DNA of 64,000 nucleotides from Elusimicrobiaceae bacterium (GTDB lineage Bacteria; Elusimicrobiota; Elusimicrobia; Elusimicrobiales; Elusimicrobiaceae): NCBI GenBank assembly GCA_045132175.1, contig JBGURU010000042.1, positions 59,887 to 123,886 of the forward strand, read 5' to 3'. Shown piece by piece: positions 46,287 to 55,051 of this stretch (position 1 is its first letter; each line of letters starts with the position of its first letter). The notes under the pieces were generated by a model. It saw only the letters and a program-made list of their open reading frames with translations, ran no database searches and was not told where the DNA came from. The position numbers and the translations under genes were made by a program.

Positions 46287-49200
46287 TTATTTTAGTATGT
46301 CACCCAATAATTTAACATAAGCACTGGGTTTTTTAATGTCTTCAAAATTAATAGTCCCGCAACGAATCATCATAACTTCTAACATATGTGTTAAAATATC
46401 ATAGAAATTATCCCTGATCGGTTCTTTTACTTCCATCAAAGAGGGTCCTAAAATAACTGCGCCTTTTAACCCTTTCACATCACATATATTTGCAATCTTA
46501 AATGCTGCAGAAATAATATGTTCAGTTGAATATGCAGATTTTAAAGCATAGTTAAAACCGCCTTTTATACCCAATTCTTTTGCCGCCTCTTGGGAAGCAA
46601 AAGCAACCCAGCGGAATTTATCTATTTGTGAAGAAGGGAAGAAGAATCCGAAATTACCCCATTTATCGTCACTATTTTTTGCAAGGACAGTTATATCTTC
46701 AAAATTTTTCTTGACAATTTCACTTTTTTCATTTTCGCCGTTAGTACCGGTCATTATTTTTAAAATTTCTTCATTTGATATCTGTTTGATATCACTGCTT
46801 TCAATACGGCGGGCTAAAACTTTTATTCTCTTAACATCTCTGGATACATCTCCTAAAGATTCACATCTGTTATAAAAGAACTCTTGCATTTGATTTTCTG
46901 TCAATGCTATATTCGCACCTGAAACAATCTTATTTGCCAAACGGGCAAAATGGTTTTTATTAGGAACTTTAAGTTCTGTAATTGTACCCATAGCAAATTT
47001 AAAATTAACAAGTTCTTCAAATCTCTTTAAACTTTCCGGAGGATATTTTGAAGATAATATTATTTGCTTTTTATTTGCTAAGAAATCATTTAAGAGTTTG
47101 GAAATATACTCCCTGTTATGCTCATTTACTGCAGTTAAGTGTATATCATCTATTATCAAAACTTGAATATTTTTGAAAAAATTATCTAATTTTTCTTTTT
47201 GACCCTGCTCAAGAGAATATTGTATACCCCTGGATAAACGAACACCGTTAGTAAATAAAATTTTTGATTGCGGAATTTTTTTTGAAATTTCATAACCCAT
47301 AGCATGTAAGAAATGTGTTTTACCTGTACCGCCTACCCCTTGCAATAAGAACGGATTATTTGTGGTTCCTAAATTATCTAAAGTAGCCATTGCCATAGCG
47401 TGGGCAAAACGCATAGGAGAAACATCCATATTTGCAAATGTATACGTAGGAATTAAAGGCATTTCTATAGGATAATTTCTGTATTTTGTCCCTTTAGCGG
47501 GAGCAGCAATATGTAAAGTATGATCTATCTTTTCACCCCTTACAGAACTATCTTTTTTAGAAGTGAAATCTTTCCTCATCATATTTGACAGATTCCTTTT
47601 TTGTTCCTCTATTTTTTCTTCCTTGTTTTGTCCTTGCATAATATTTTTCTCCTTTTTTAAAATCTGTTGTTGTGTTTTAGAAGGTGTTTCTTCTTTTTCA
47701 GGTATCTCTTTTACGGAAATATTCTGCTTTTTTATCTCAGGTAAAACTTTTTCTTCATAAGTAATTATACCTTTTCCATTGGCTTTAACCGCTTCCACAA
47801 AAGAACTAAAACCTTCTTTATTCTTTGAACTTTCCTGTTTTTTGTTTTCTTCCTCTTTTTTAATAATTTCAGTTTTCTGTTTTACAACAATTTCTTTTAT
47901 TGTTTCTTTTTTTTCTTCTGAATCTTGTTGTTTATCAGAAGGAATATCTTTCTTTGTTTCCAAAAAAGATAAGGTATCTTGTTTTTCTCTTTCCTCAAAA
48001 ACACTATCTATTTCTGCAGTGTTTAAATCAGCAGAATTTTCTTCTTTTTCTGAATTTTGTGGAACTGATAATTGTTCCTTTTCCACTGTATTTGTGTTGC
48101 CAAAAATATTTTTTATATTTTCCGTGTCTTGAACGGGGGATATGTCAGCTTTCCTTTTTTCTTCCTTTAAATTTGTTTCTGAGATATTTTGTTGTTCTTT
48201 TTTAGGTAATATAGGTTTCTCCTGATTTTGTACGGGGGAAACTTTTTCTTTCTCTGTTTCAGGTTTTTGTGCCGGAACTAAAGTTTCTTCTTTTGTATGA
48301 TTTTGCTCAAAATCAATATTTTTACTTTTTGTTTCCGGTTGGTCTGCATAAAAATTATATACGGTTTCAGCAGCAAAAATATCATCAACTTGCAATTTCG
48401 CTTCTATGGGGTTAGAATAAAGATCTTCCCTCTCTTTCTTTACCGTATCTTCTATATTATCTTCAGATAATAAGCCTTTTTTTACTATTATTCCGCTTCC
48501 TAAATCTTGGAAAGGATTTTTAGGTAATTCTTTTTGGGTTTCTTGTTTTTGTTCTTCCTGCGTTTTTTCTTTTATCTCTTTTTGGACTTCTTTTTTTAAT
48601 TCTTTTGCTGCTTCTTGTGCCTGTTTAAAGAGTTTAGAAGAACCTAATTTATTTTTAAGGCCTTTTGCTTTTTTAAATAAAGAATGCTTTTCTTTAGGAT
48701 TTTCTTCTTGTTGTTCTTGTTGTTTAGTATTTTCCTGTTCTACTTTTAATGATTCCTGTTCCTTTGTAGAAATACTATTTTCTTGATTTACACTATCTTC
48801 CGGTTTTTCTTTTTTAGATTTCAAAATATTTTTAAATTTACCTAAAAAACCGCCAAAGATATTACTTTTTTTAGAAGGTGTTTCAATACTTATAGCAACA
48901 TCTTTCATTTCTTCCGGTGAAAAAGCAACAATAGTTTCATTTTCTTCTTCTATTTTAGATAACGGTTTATTTTCTTCTTTGACCTTTGGAATTTCATTAT
49001 TTGGAATATTGTTATTTTGATTAATTGATTTTTCTTCAACGTTTTGTTTAATATCAGACAATGTTTTTTCTATTTTTAGAGATTTATCATCTAACACTAT
49101 TTCCGTCATTTCGTCATTAGACAAATTATGATTATAAGTTAAGTCCTTTAATTCTGTTGCAGGCTTTTCTTGTGATATCGGAAAGCCTGTTTCCGCGAGT

Positions 49201-49643
49201 TTCAAGCTAGGCATACCGTCGTTTGATACAGAATCCAAAGAAGGCAAAGATACTTTTTGTGTACTATCTTCGGAAAAGATATCAGAGGCCTTATATTCTT
49301 TTTTATTTTCAGTTGTTTTTTCTTTTACTTTAGGAAGATTTTCCGTATCAGCTAAAGTTATTGTTTCTGTTTTAAGGGGATTAGCAAATGTTTGTGTGAC
49401 ACCCACAACGGAAGAAGAAATAAAGTCAATTCTACTTCTGAGTTTTTCTAACATAGAATCATCGGTAATACCTGATAATTCAAAGACATAATCAAAACCT
49501 TTCATCTGTAATTTTGTTAATTTGCAAAAAGCAGAAAGTTTATCTTCTATTTCTTTACAACCAGCTTCATCTGCTTTTAACAAAAGCAAAAAGACAGAGT
49601 TCGGTGTCACAGTATTTTCCCTTATTTCATAACCGCTTATCAT
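46287..49643 (-). CDS. Giant DnaA-domain-III-like AAA+ protein with ~640-aa K/E/Q-rich low-complexity region and unknown N- and C-terminal domains
   Basis: ...YTFANMDVSPMRFAHAMAMATLDNLGTTNNPFLLQGVGGTGKTHFLHAMG...VLIIDDIHL...QIILSS... aligns with the window's own DnaA ([16 protein letters not shown]...[22 protein letters not shown]...LLLDDIQFL...QIVLTC). No domain IV motif. Confidence 0.7.
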   Translation of the reverse strand: MISGYEIRENTVTPNSVFLLLLKADEAGCKEIEDKLSAFCKLTKLQMKGFDYVFELSGITDDSMLEKLRSRIDFISSSVVGVTQTFANPLKTETITLADTENLPKVKEKTTENKKEYKASDIFSEDSTQKVSLPSLDSVSNDGMPSLKLAETGFPISQEKPATELKDLTYNHNLSNDEMTEIVLDDKSLKIEKTLSDIKQNVEEKSINQNNNIPNNEIPKVKEENKPLSKIEEENETIVAFSPEEMKDVAISIETPSKKSNIFGGFLGKFKNILKSKKEKPEDSVNQENSISTKEQESLKVEQENTKQQEQQEENPKEKHSLFKKAKGLKNKLGSSKLFKQAQEAAKELKKEVQKEIKEKTQEEQKQETQKELPKNPFQDLGSGIIVKKGLLSEDNIEDTVKKEREDLYSNPIEAKLQVDDIFAAETVYNFYADQPETKSKNIDFEQNHTKEETLVPAQKPETEKEKVSPVQNQEKPILPKKEQQNISETNLKEEKRKADISPVQDTENIKNIFGNTNTVEKEQLSVPQNSEKEENSADLNTAEIDSVFEEREKQDTLSFLETKKDIPSDKQQDSEEKKETIKEIVVKQKTEIIKKEEENKKQESSKNKEGFSSFVEAVKANGKGIITYEEKVLPEIKKQNISVKEIPEKEETPSKTQQQILKKEKNIMQGQNKEEKIEEQKRNLSNMMRKDFTSKKDSSVRGEKIDHTLHIAAPAKGTKYRNYPIEMPLIPTYTFANMDVSPMRFAHAMAMATLDNLGTTNNPFLLQGVGGTGKTHFLHAMGYEISKKIPQSKILFTNGVRLSRGIQYSLEQGQKEKLDNFFKNIQVLIIDDIHLTAVNEHNREYISKLLNDFLANKKQIILSSKYPPESLKRFEELVNFKFAMGTITELKVPNKNHFARLANKIVSGANIALTENQMQEFFYNRCESLGDVSRDVKRIKVLARRIESSDIKQISNEEILKIMTGTNGENEKSEIVKKNFEDITVLAKNSDDKWGNFGFFFPSSQIDKFRWVAFASQEAAKELGIKGGFNYALKSAYSTEHIISAAFKIANICDVKGLKGAVILGPSLMEVKEPIRDNFYDILTHMLEVMMIRCGTINFEDIKKPSAYVKLLGDILK

Positions 49644-49662
49644 CTTGCTATCCCCTTTATTA

Positions 49663-50304
49663 TTAAGAAACTATTTTTATTCCCGCACTTGCACCAAGGC
49701 GCGAGGCCCCTGCTTCTATCATTTTTAAAGCATCCTCTTTCGTGCGTACCCCGCCGGAGGCCTTAACTTTTATTCCGCTTGCTTCCTTCATAAGTTTGAC
49801 ATCTTCCGCTGTTGCGCCTGCACTTGAAAAACCTGTTGATGTCTTAACAAAATCAGCACCCGCTTTTGCGCAAAGTTGGCAAACGGTTTTCTTTTCTTCA
49901 TCGGTTAAATACGATGTTTCAATAATTACTTTTAAAATCTTACCTTCGCTTGCTTTGCGAACTGCTAAAATATCTTGGTAAACATAATCGGTATTACCTT
50001 CTTTTAAAGCACCAATATTTATTACCATATCAACTTCCTCAGCACCTTGTTTAATGGCAAGGGCGGCTTCCTGTGCTTTAATTTCGGATGTATTTGCCCC
50101 TAGCGGAAAACCGATAACCGTGCAAACTTTAACACCGCTGCCTTTTAAAACATCTGCACAAAGTGAAACCCAGCAAGGATTTACACAAACAGAGGCAAAA
50201 TGATATTGCTTTGCTTCTTCGCAAAGTTTTAAAATATCGGCTTTGGTAGCCGTGGGTTTTAGTAAAGTATGGTCAATGTATGATGCTAAATTATTCATAA
50301 TCAA
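49663..50304 (-). CDS. deoC: Deoxyribose-phosphate aldolase (start possibly 50298)
   Basis: [21 protein letters not shown] (Schiff-base Lys) motifs. Confidence 0.92.
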   Translation of the reverse strand: MIMNNLASYIDHTLLKPTATKADILKLCEEAKQYHFASVCVNPCWVSLCADVLKGSGVKVCTVIGFPLGANTSEIKAQEAALAIKQGAEEVDMVINIGALKEGNTDYVYQDILAVRKASEGKILKVIIETSYLTDEEKKTVCQLCAKAGADFVKTSTGFSSAGATAEDVKLMKEASGIKVKASGGVRTKEDALKMIEAGASRLGASAGIKIVS

Positions 50305-51049
50305 TAATCCTTATAAATTTTTCTGCAATAAGTGCTTGGCCGCCTACTAAAACACCGTCAACATTTTCTTTAGCCATAATGGAATCAACATTTTCCGCCT
50401 TGACGCTGCCGCCATATAAAATGCGAATATTTTGTGCAAAACCGGCACCTAAAATTTGTGTTAAAACTTTTCTGATTAAAGCGTGGACTTCTTCCGCTTG
50501 CTCCGGCGTTGCGGTTTTACCGGTGCCGATAGCCCAAACCGGTTCATAGGCAATTACCAAAGTTTTTAAATCTTCTGCCGTAAAACCTTTTAGGCCATCA
50601 ACAAGTTGGGAGGTAATTACTTGTTCTATTTTATTTGCTTCGCGTTCGGCAAGGGTTTCACCCACGCAATAAATAATCTGTAAATTATGCCTTAAGGCAG
50701 CGGCAATTTTTTTATTTAAAATTTCATTAGTATCACCAAATAAGGCGCGGCGTTCGCTATGTCCTAAAATAACTGCGGTTGCGCCGGCTTCTTTAATTTG
50801 TTCGGGTGAAACTTGTGAAGTATAGGCACCCTTTTCTTCAAAATAACAATCTTGTGCTGCCACGATAAAGCCTGTTCCTTTCAATGCTTGCGCTACGGCG
50901 TTGATTGCCGTAAAACTTGGGGCTACCATAATATCGGCATTGTTTTTATTCTTTGCCGTTTTAAGAGCATTAACTAAGTTAACCCCTTGCTCTATAGTAT
51001 TATTCATTTTCCAATTACCTGCAATAAATGGTTTTCTTGCCATAAACAT
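50291..51049 (-). CDS. tpiA: Triosephosphate isomerase
   Basis: [29 protein letters not shown] motifs. Confidence 0.95.
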   Translation of the reverse strand: MFMARKPFIAGNWKMNNTIEQGVNLVNALKTAKNKNNADIMVAPSFTAINAVAQALKGTGFIVAAQDCYFEEKGAYTSQVSPEQIKEAGATAVILGHSERRALFGDTNEILNKKIAAALRHNLQIIYCVGETLAEREANKIEQVITSQLVDGLKGFTAEDLKTLVIAYEPVWAIGTGKTATPEQAEEVHALIRKVLTQILGAGFAQNIRILYGGSVKAENVDSIMAKENVDGVLVGGQALIAEKFIRIIDYE

Positions 51050-51160
51050 ACCTCTTATTAAATTTTAATTTATTTTTGCGCGAAAGCGCTTATATAATAT
51101 ATATTAACATTTTATACAATAATATGGCAAAAGTTTTTTAAATTTTATAAAATTTCTATT

Positions 51161-52033
51161 ATGACAGTATTACTTGAAGGCAAGACACTTGCCAAACAAA
51201 TAAAAGAACCCTTACAGGAAAGGGCTTATAATGTTTATAAGAAAATCGGGCGCAAAGCAGCCCTTATCGGCTTTGGTTGGAAAGGCGACGAAGCCGGTTT
51301 TTATTATCTGAATAAAGAAGTGGAAGCAGCACGTAAAATAGGCATAGATGCAGATATTGTTTTGTTAGATGAAACAACACAACCAAAACAATTTTTTACT
51401 TTGCTTGATGCTATATTTTCAAGAAGTACTATTGATGCCCTTCTGATTGCAAGGCCTTTGCCTACGCAATTAAATAATTTAGATATTGCGGCAAATATTA
51501 ACCCTGCCCAAGATATTGACGGCATGGGCCTTGTCAGTATGGGCCGTTTGTTTATGTGCAAGACCTGGCAAGAAATAGAAAATTTAAAGACATTTATTCC
51601 TTGCTGTCCGAAAGCGGTTATGCGCTTGCTTGACTATCATAAAATAAACCTGGAAAGTGCTAAAGTGACAGTTATAGGAAGAAGTAATACCGTTGGTTCA
51701 CCTTTAGCAAAAATGCTGACGGCAAAAAATGCAACCGTCACCTTATGCCACAGTAAAACAAAGGACTTAAAAGAACTAACTTTAAACAGTGATATCGTTA
51801 TATCTGCGGCAGGCAAAATAAATTTAATTACAAAAGAGTTTGTAAAAAAAGGTACAATACTTATAGATGTTGCAACTGTAGTAAACGAACAAGGCAAATG
51901 TGTGGGTGATATGGATTTTGAAAATCTAAAAGATTTTTGCCCCATTTCACCTGTACCGGGCGGTGTCGGGCCTGTCACTCTTGCCTGTTTACTTGAAAAT
52001 ATTATTATTTCTGCTGAGAGGAAAATAAAATGA
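51161..52033 (+). CDS. folD: Bifunctional methylenetetrahydrofolate dehydrogenase/cyclohydrolase
   Basis: VIGRSNTVGSPLAKML, PVPGGVGPVT motifs; 290 aa. Confidence 0.9.
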   Translation: MTVLLEGKTLAKQIKEPLQERAYNVYKKIGRKAALIGFGWKGDEAGFYYLNKEVEAARKIGIDADIVLLDETTQPKQFFTLLDAIFSRSTIDALLIARPLPTQLNNLDIAANINPAQDIDGMGLVSMGRLFMCKTWQEIENLKTFIPCCPKAVMRLLDYHKINLESAKVTVIGRSNTVGSPLAKMLTAKNATVTLCHSKTKDLKELTLNSDIVISAAGKINLITKEFVKKGTILIDVATVVNEQGKCVGDMDFENLKDFCPISPVPGGVGPVTLACLLENIIISAERKIK

Positions 52034-52566
52034 AAAATATTTTTTATTTAATTTGTTCTTTTATTATTTTAACTTGTGTTTGCGGTTGTGTGTCAAGGGA
52101 AGGCTATGATGTTTCCTTTGAAAAACAATATAAGCAACTTGAGAGAGAAACTAAAAATTTTACCGAAAAAGATTTTTATGACGCAGAAAAACGTACCGCT
52201 GATGATAAAATGTCTATGTCCCCCGGGGATCGTTTTGCAACAGTTCAGATTGAAGCGCAAAAAGAAAGACGTGCGGCAAATAAAGTGGTTGGTTCAAACT
52301 ATTATTTTGAAGTTTATCCGGATAAAAAGGAAACTTATTCATATAATTCTTATAATGAAGTATGGTCCGATGCTTATCCCCAACAAGCATATAAAGAAAA
52401 TATCCGCTTAAAAGAAAAACCAAAAAAATATAAACCTGAAGAATATTCCGGTATTCCTGATGACGGTGCAGTGACGGAACAAGCCATCGCCGCCGCCGAA
52501 GAAGCAGCCGCAAAAGCAGAACAGGAAGCTGCTGATGAAGCCGCAAATGCTGCTGTATACGATTAG
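52030..52566 (+). CDS. Hypothetical lipoprotein with Ala/Glu-rich C-terminus
   Basis: 178-aa ORF overlapping the folD stop by 4 nt; N-terminal hydrophobic segment with Cys (IILTCVCGC). Confidence 0.5.
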   Translation: MKNIFYLICSFIILTCVCGCVSREGYDVSFEKQYKQLERETKNFTEKDFYDAEKRTADDKMSMSPGDRFATVQIEAQKERRAANKVVGSNYYFEVYPDKKETYSYNSYNEVWSDAYPQQAYKENIRLKEKPKKYKPEEYSGIPDDGAVTEQAIAAAEEAAAKAEQEAADEAANAAVYD

Positions 52567-52582
52567 TTGTTAATTTGTTAGC

Positions 52583-52614
52583 AAAACACCTGCGTAAAAA
52601 CGCGGGTGTTTTTT
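52583..52614. terminator. Bidirectional intrinsic terminator
   Basis: aaaaCACCtGCGtaaaaaCGCgGGTGtttttt between convergent genes. Confidence 0.7.
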
Positions 52615-52643
52615 GCTTTATTTTGTTTTCAATATTTTTATTT

Positions 52644-53177
52644 TTATCCGCCGATTTGAGTACATTGTCTGCCATTATCTGTGCCTGATGGTTTGCCTAA
52701 ACTTTTACAAATTTTTTCACCGTCATTTGTATATGGAGAACAAATTATTTTGCCCTGATTGCCACCGCAATAATCATATTCTCCATCCGGTTGAACCATT
52801 ATAATATCCAACAACTGTTTATATGCACAATAAACAGATCCATCATCTGCTCCGTTTGTTTCACAACTCCAAATATCATTATGACAATGTGGAGCATCTC
52901 CGCAAAGTTTATTTTCATAATCTTGCCAATCACTGGGCCAATTTGCTCCTAACATATCTCCGTCCGGAGAATCTCCTTCTTCCGTCAAATAACTGCCGGT
53001 GCGTAATTTATATTCCGCTAAACCGTCGTACCAACGGCGCATAAGAGGTAATATTGTTGCAACTCTTGCTTTCGTGACAGCCATTTGATACTGTGGCAAA
53101 GCGATGCCTGCCAAAATACCGATAATCAACACTACTACCAACATTTCAATTAAAGTAAAACCACTTTTGTTTTTCAT
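52644..53177 (-). CDS. Prepilin-type N-terminal cleavage/methylation domain protein (pilin-like); start corrected to MKNKSG|FTLIEM
   Basis: SD aaggag before ATG at 53177; intact paralog of the frameshifted gene at 25572-26107; C-terminal EKICKSLGK motif. Confidence 0.85.
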   Translation of the reverse strand: MKNKSGFTLIEMLVVVLIIGILAGIALPQYQMAVTKARVATILPLMRRWYDGLAEYKLRTGSYLTEEGDSPDGDMLGANWPSDWQDYENKLCGDAPHCHNDIWSCETNGADDGSVYCAYKQLLDIIMVQPDGEYDYCGGNQGKIICSPYTNDGEKICKSLGKPSGTDNGRQCTQIGG

Positions 53178-53219
53178 ATAATCTCCTTTATACAATACTT
53201 TCATTTACTGCATATAGAA

Positions 53220-53250
53220 ATTATAGAAAAAAAAAAAAAATGCAAGTCAA
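53220..53250 (-). promoter_or_regulatory. Pilin-cassette promoter E: TTGACT-tgca-T14-c-TATAAT (19-bp spacer)
   Basis: A14 on the plus strand at 53227-53240; lies only ~20 bp after the glpQ-like stop. Confidence 0.6.
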
Positions 53251-53271
53251 GTGTTGAGAAGTAAAAAGAAG

Positions 53272-53949
53272 TTAAATTGTGCCGCCAATATTTGAAAAAT
53301 GAGGTAAATCTAAAACAGGGTTATCACTAAAAATACCGTCAGTATTTAAATGTTTTAAGTAATGATAAGTTTGATAATCATTAACAGTATAAACCAAAAC
53401 TTTTAAACCGTTTTCGTGACAAATTTTAATTATATTTCTTGTCACTCTTTTCACGCTTATATTTACGCTTTTTGCTTTTAAAGAAAGAGGTATTTTTATA
53501 TCGAAATTACGTGTCAAAACACCAATATTTATTTGTTTATCTAAAGCACGGATTTTTTGTAAACTTTCCGCTGCAAAAGATGATATTAAAATATTTTCTT
53601 TTTTGATATTTTTTGCTTTTTTTATTTGCACCAAAATTTGTTTTTCTATGCCCGAATAAATATTATTATCGTTTTTTATTTCTAAATTTAAAGTAAAATT
53701 TACAGGCGTAATTTTTAACAAATCGGCAAGTGCGGGAACATTTTTTTTGGCAAGTTCTTTAAAGGTCAAATCTTTAATTTTGCGGCCGTCTTTTAAGCAA
53801 TAATCATGATATAAAACCAAGACGCCGTCTTTACTTCTTTGTACATCCGTTTCAAGCCAAGTTGCACCCAATTTAAAAGCCAAATTAAAGGCTTTTAAAG
53901 TGTTTTCTTGTGCAAAAGCGCTTGCACCGCGATGGGCTATAACTAACAT
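53272..53949 (-). CDS. Glycerophosphodiester phosphodiesterase
   Basis: VIAHRGASAFAQENTLKAF, ETDVQ.SKDGVLVLYHD (GDPD catalytic motifs). Confidence 0.88.
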   Translation of the reverse strand: MLVIAHRGASAFAQENTLKAFNLAFKLGATWLETDVQRSKDGVLVLYHDYCLKDGRKIKDLTFKELAKKNVPALADLLKITPVNFTLNLEIKNDNNIYSGIEKQILVQIKKAKNIKKENILISSFAAESLQKIRALDKQINIGVLTRNFDIKIPLSLKAKSVNISVKRVTRNIIKICHENGLKVLVYTVNDYQTYHYLKHLNTDGIFSDNPVLDLPHFSNIGGTI

Positions 53950-53951
53950 AA

Positions 53952-54761
53952 TTAAAAAAATGCAGAATATAATTTGTCGTATACTTCTTGCGGGACTTCA
54001 CGGCCCGGAACCATTGTCCTGCCTGCAATATTGCCATGAAAATCAGAACCGCCGGAAACGAGCAAATTATATTTTTTTGCTATTTGCAAAAGTTCTTCAC
54101 GCAAGGCTTCACGGTGTGAGGGATAATAAACTTCTATTCCTTCTAAACCCCAGGAAACCCATTTTTCAAAATCCCAATATTCCTTTACAAGACCGGGGTG
54201 CGCTATAAAACATTTCCCCCCCGCCTGACGGATAGTATCAATAGTTTCTTTAACCGTTCCGGCCATAGGAGGAACATAGGCAATACAACCTTTACCTAAA
54301 TATTTTTTGAAAATGTCAGCACGCATATAACCCAAATGTTTACGGCGTAAAATATCTGCAATATGGGCACGGGAAGGAACACCTTTTGTTAATTTCAAAA
54401 CTTCTTCTTCCGTAATTTTTATTCCGTTTTCTTGTAAAAGTTTAATTGTTTTTCTTACACGTTCAAGACGTAAAGAAGCATTTGTTTCAAGCAATTTAAG
54501 CAACGCAGAATTTTGTGGATCAAAATTATAACCGACAAAATGCAAATTATCATGGTCACAAGTGCTTATTTCCACACCGTTGACAAAGATTATATTATAT
54601 TTTTCAGCTTTATGACGGGCTTCTTCAAGACCTAAAATACAGTCGTGATCAGTTAAAGACATCATTTCCACCCCCGCTTTGCTGTAAGTATAAACTAATT
54701 CAGATATGCTTACGGCACCGTCTGAATACCTTGAGTGGGAGTGTAAATCAATTATCGGCAT
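53952..54761 (-). CDS. PHP-domain metal-dependent phosphoesterase (TrpH/YciV-like)
   Basis: IDLHSHSRYSDG, LTDHD, IAHPG, GGSDFHG PHP motifs. Confidence 0.85.
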   Translation of the reverse strand: MPIIDLHSHSRYSDGAVSISELVYTYSKAGVEMMSLTDHDCILGLEEARHKAEKYNIIFVNGVEISTCDHDNLHFVGYNFDPQNSALLKLLETNASLRLERVRKTIKLLQENGIKITEEEVLKLTKGVPSRAHIADILRRKHLGYMRADIFKKYLGKGCIAYVPPMAGTVKETIDTIRQAGGKCFIAHPGLVKEYWDFEKWVSWGLEGIEVYYPSHREALREELLQIAKKYNLLVSGGSDFHGNIAGRTMVPGREVPQEVYDKLYSAFF

Positions 54762-54985
54762 TAAACTCTTTCAACAGCAGTCACTTGAGGAATGCTTTCT
54801 TTTAAAAATGCTTCTATACCGTTTTTAATCGTCATTGTTGCCATGGGGCAGCCTGAGCAAGCACCCTGTAATTTAACTTTGACTATACCGGTTTTTTCAT
54901 CAAAAGAAACGAATTCTACATCACCGCCGTCTGCTTGTAAAGCAGGGCGAATTTTTTGAATTAAAGCAATAATTTGTTTTTCCAT
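54761..54985 (-). CDS. NifU-like (Nfu) Fe-S cluster scaffold domain protein
   Basis: 74 aa; IRPALQADGGDVEFV and CSGCPMATMT (CxxC) motifs. Confidence 0.85.
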   Translation of the reverse strand: MEKQIIALIQKIRPALQADGGDVEFVSFDEKTGIVKVKLQGACSGCPMATMTIKNGIEAFLKESIPQVTAVERV

Positions 54986-55051
54986 AATACCTTCTTGTTT
55001 AAAATTCTAATACTTTTGCGCCACCCTTAGAAGAGCGGCGCAAATTTTAAT

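Noticed and set aside
47400-49400. Strong purine/pyrimidine strand asymmetry and short repeats, considered as a possible non-coding repeat array or CRISPR-like structure
   Set aside because: There is no regular repeat-spacer periodicity. The region is one uninterrupted ORF encoding K/E/Q-rich low-complexity protein sequence, which explains the skew.
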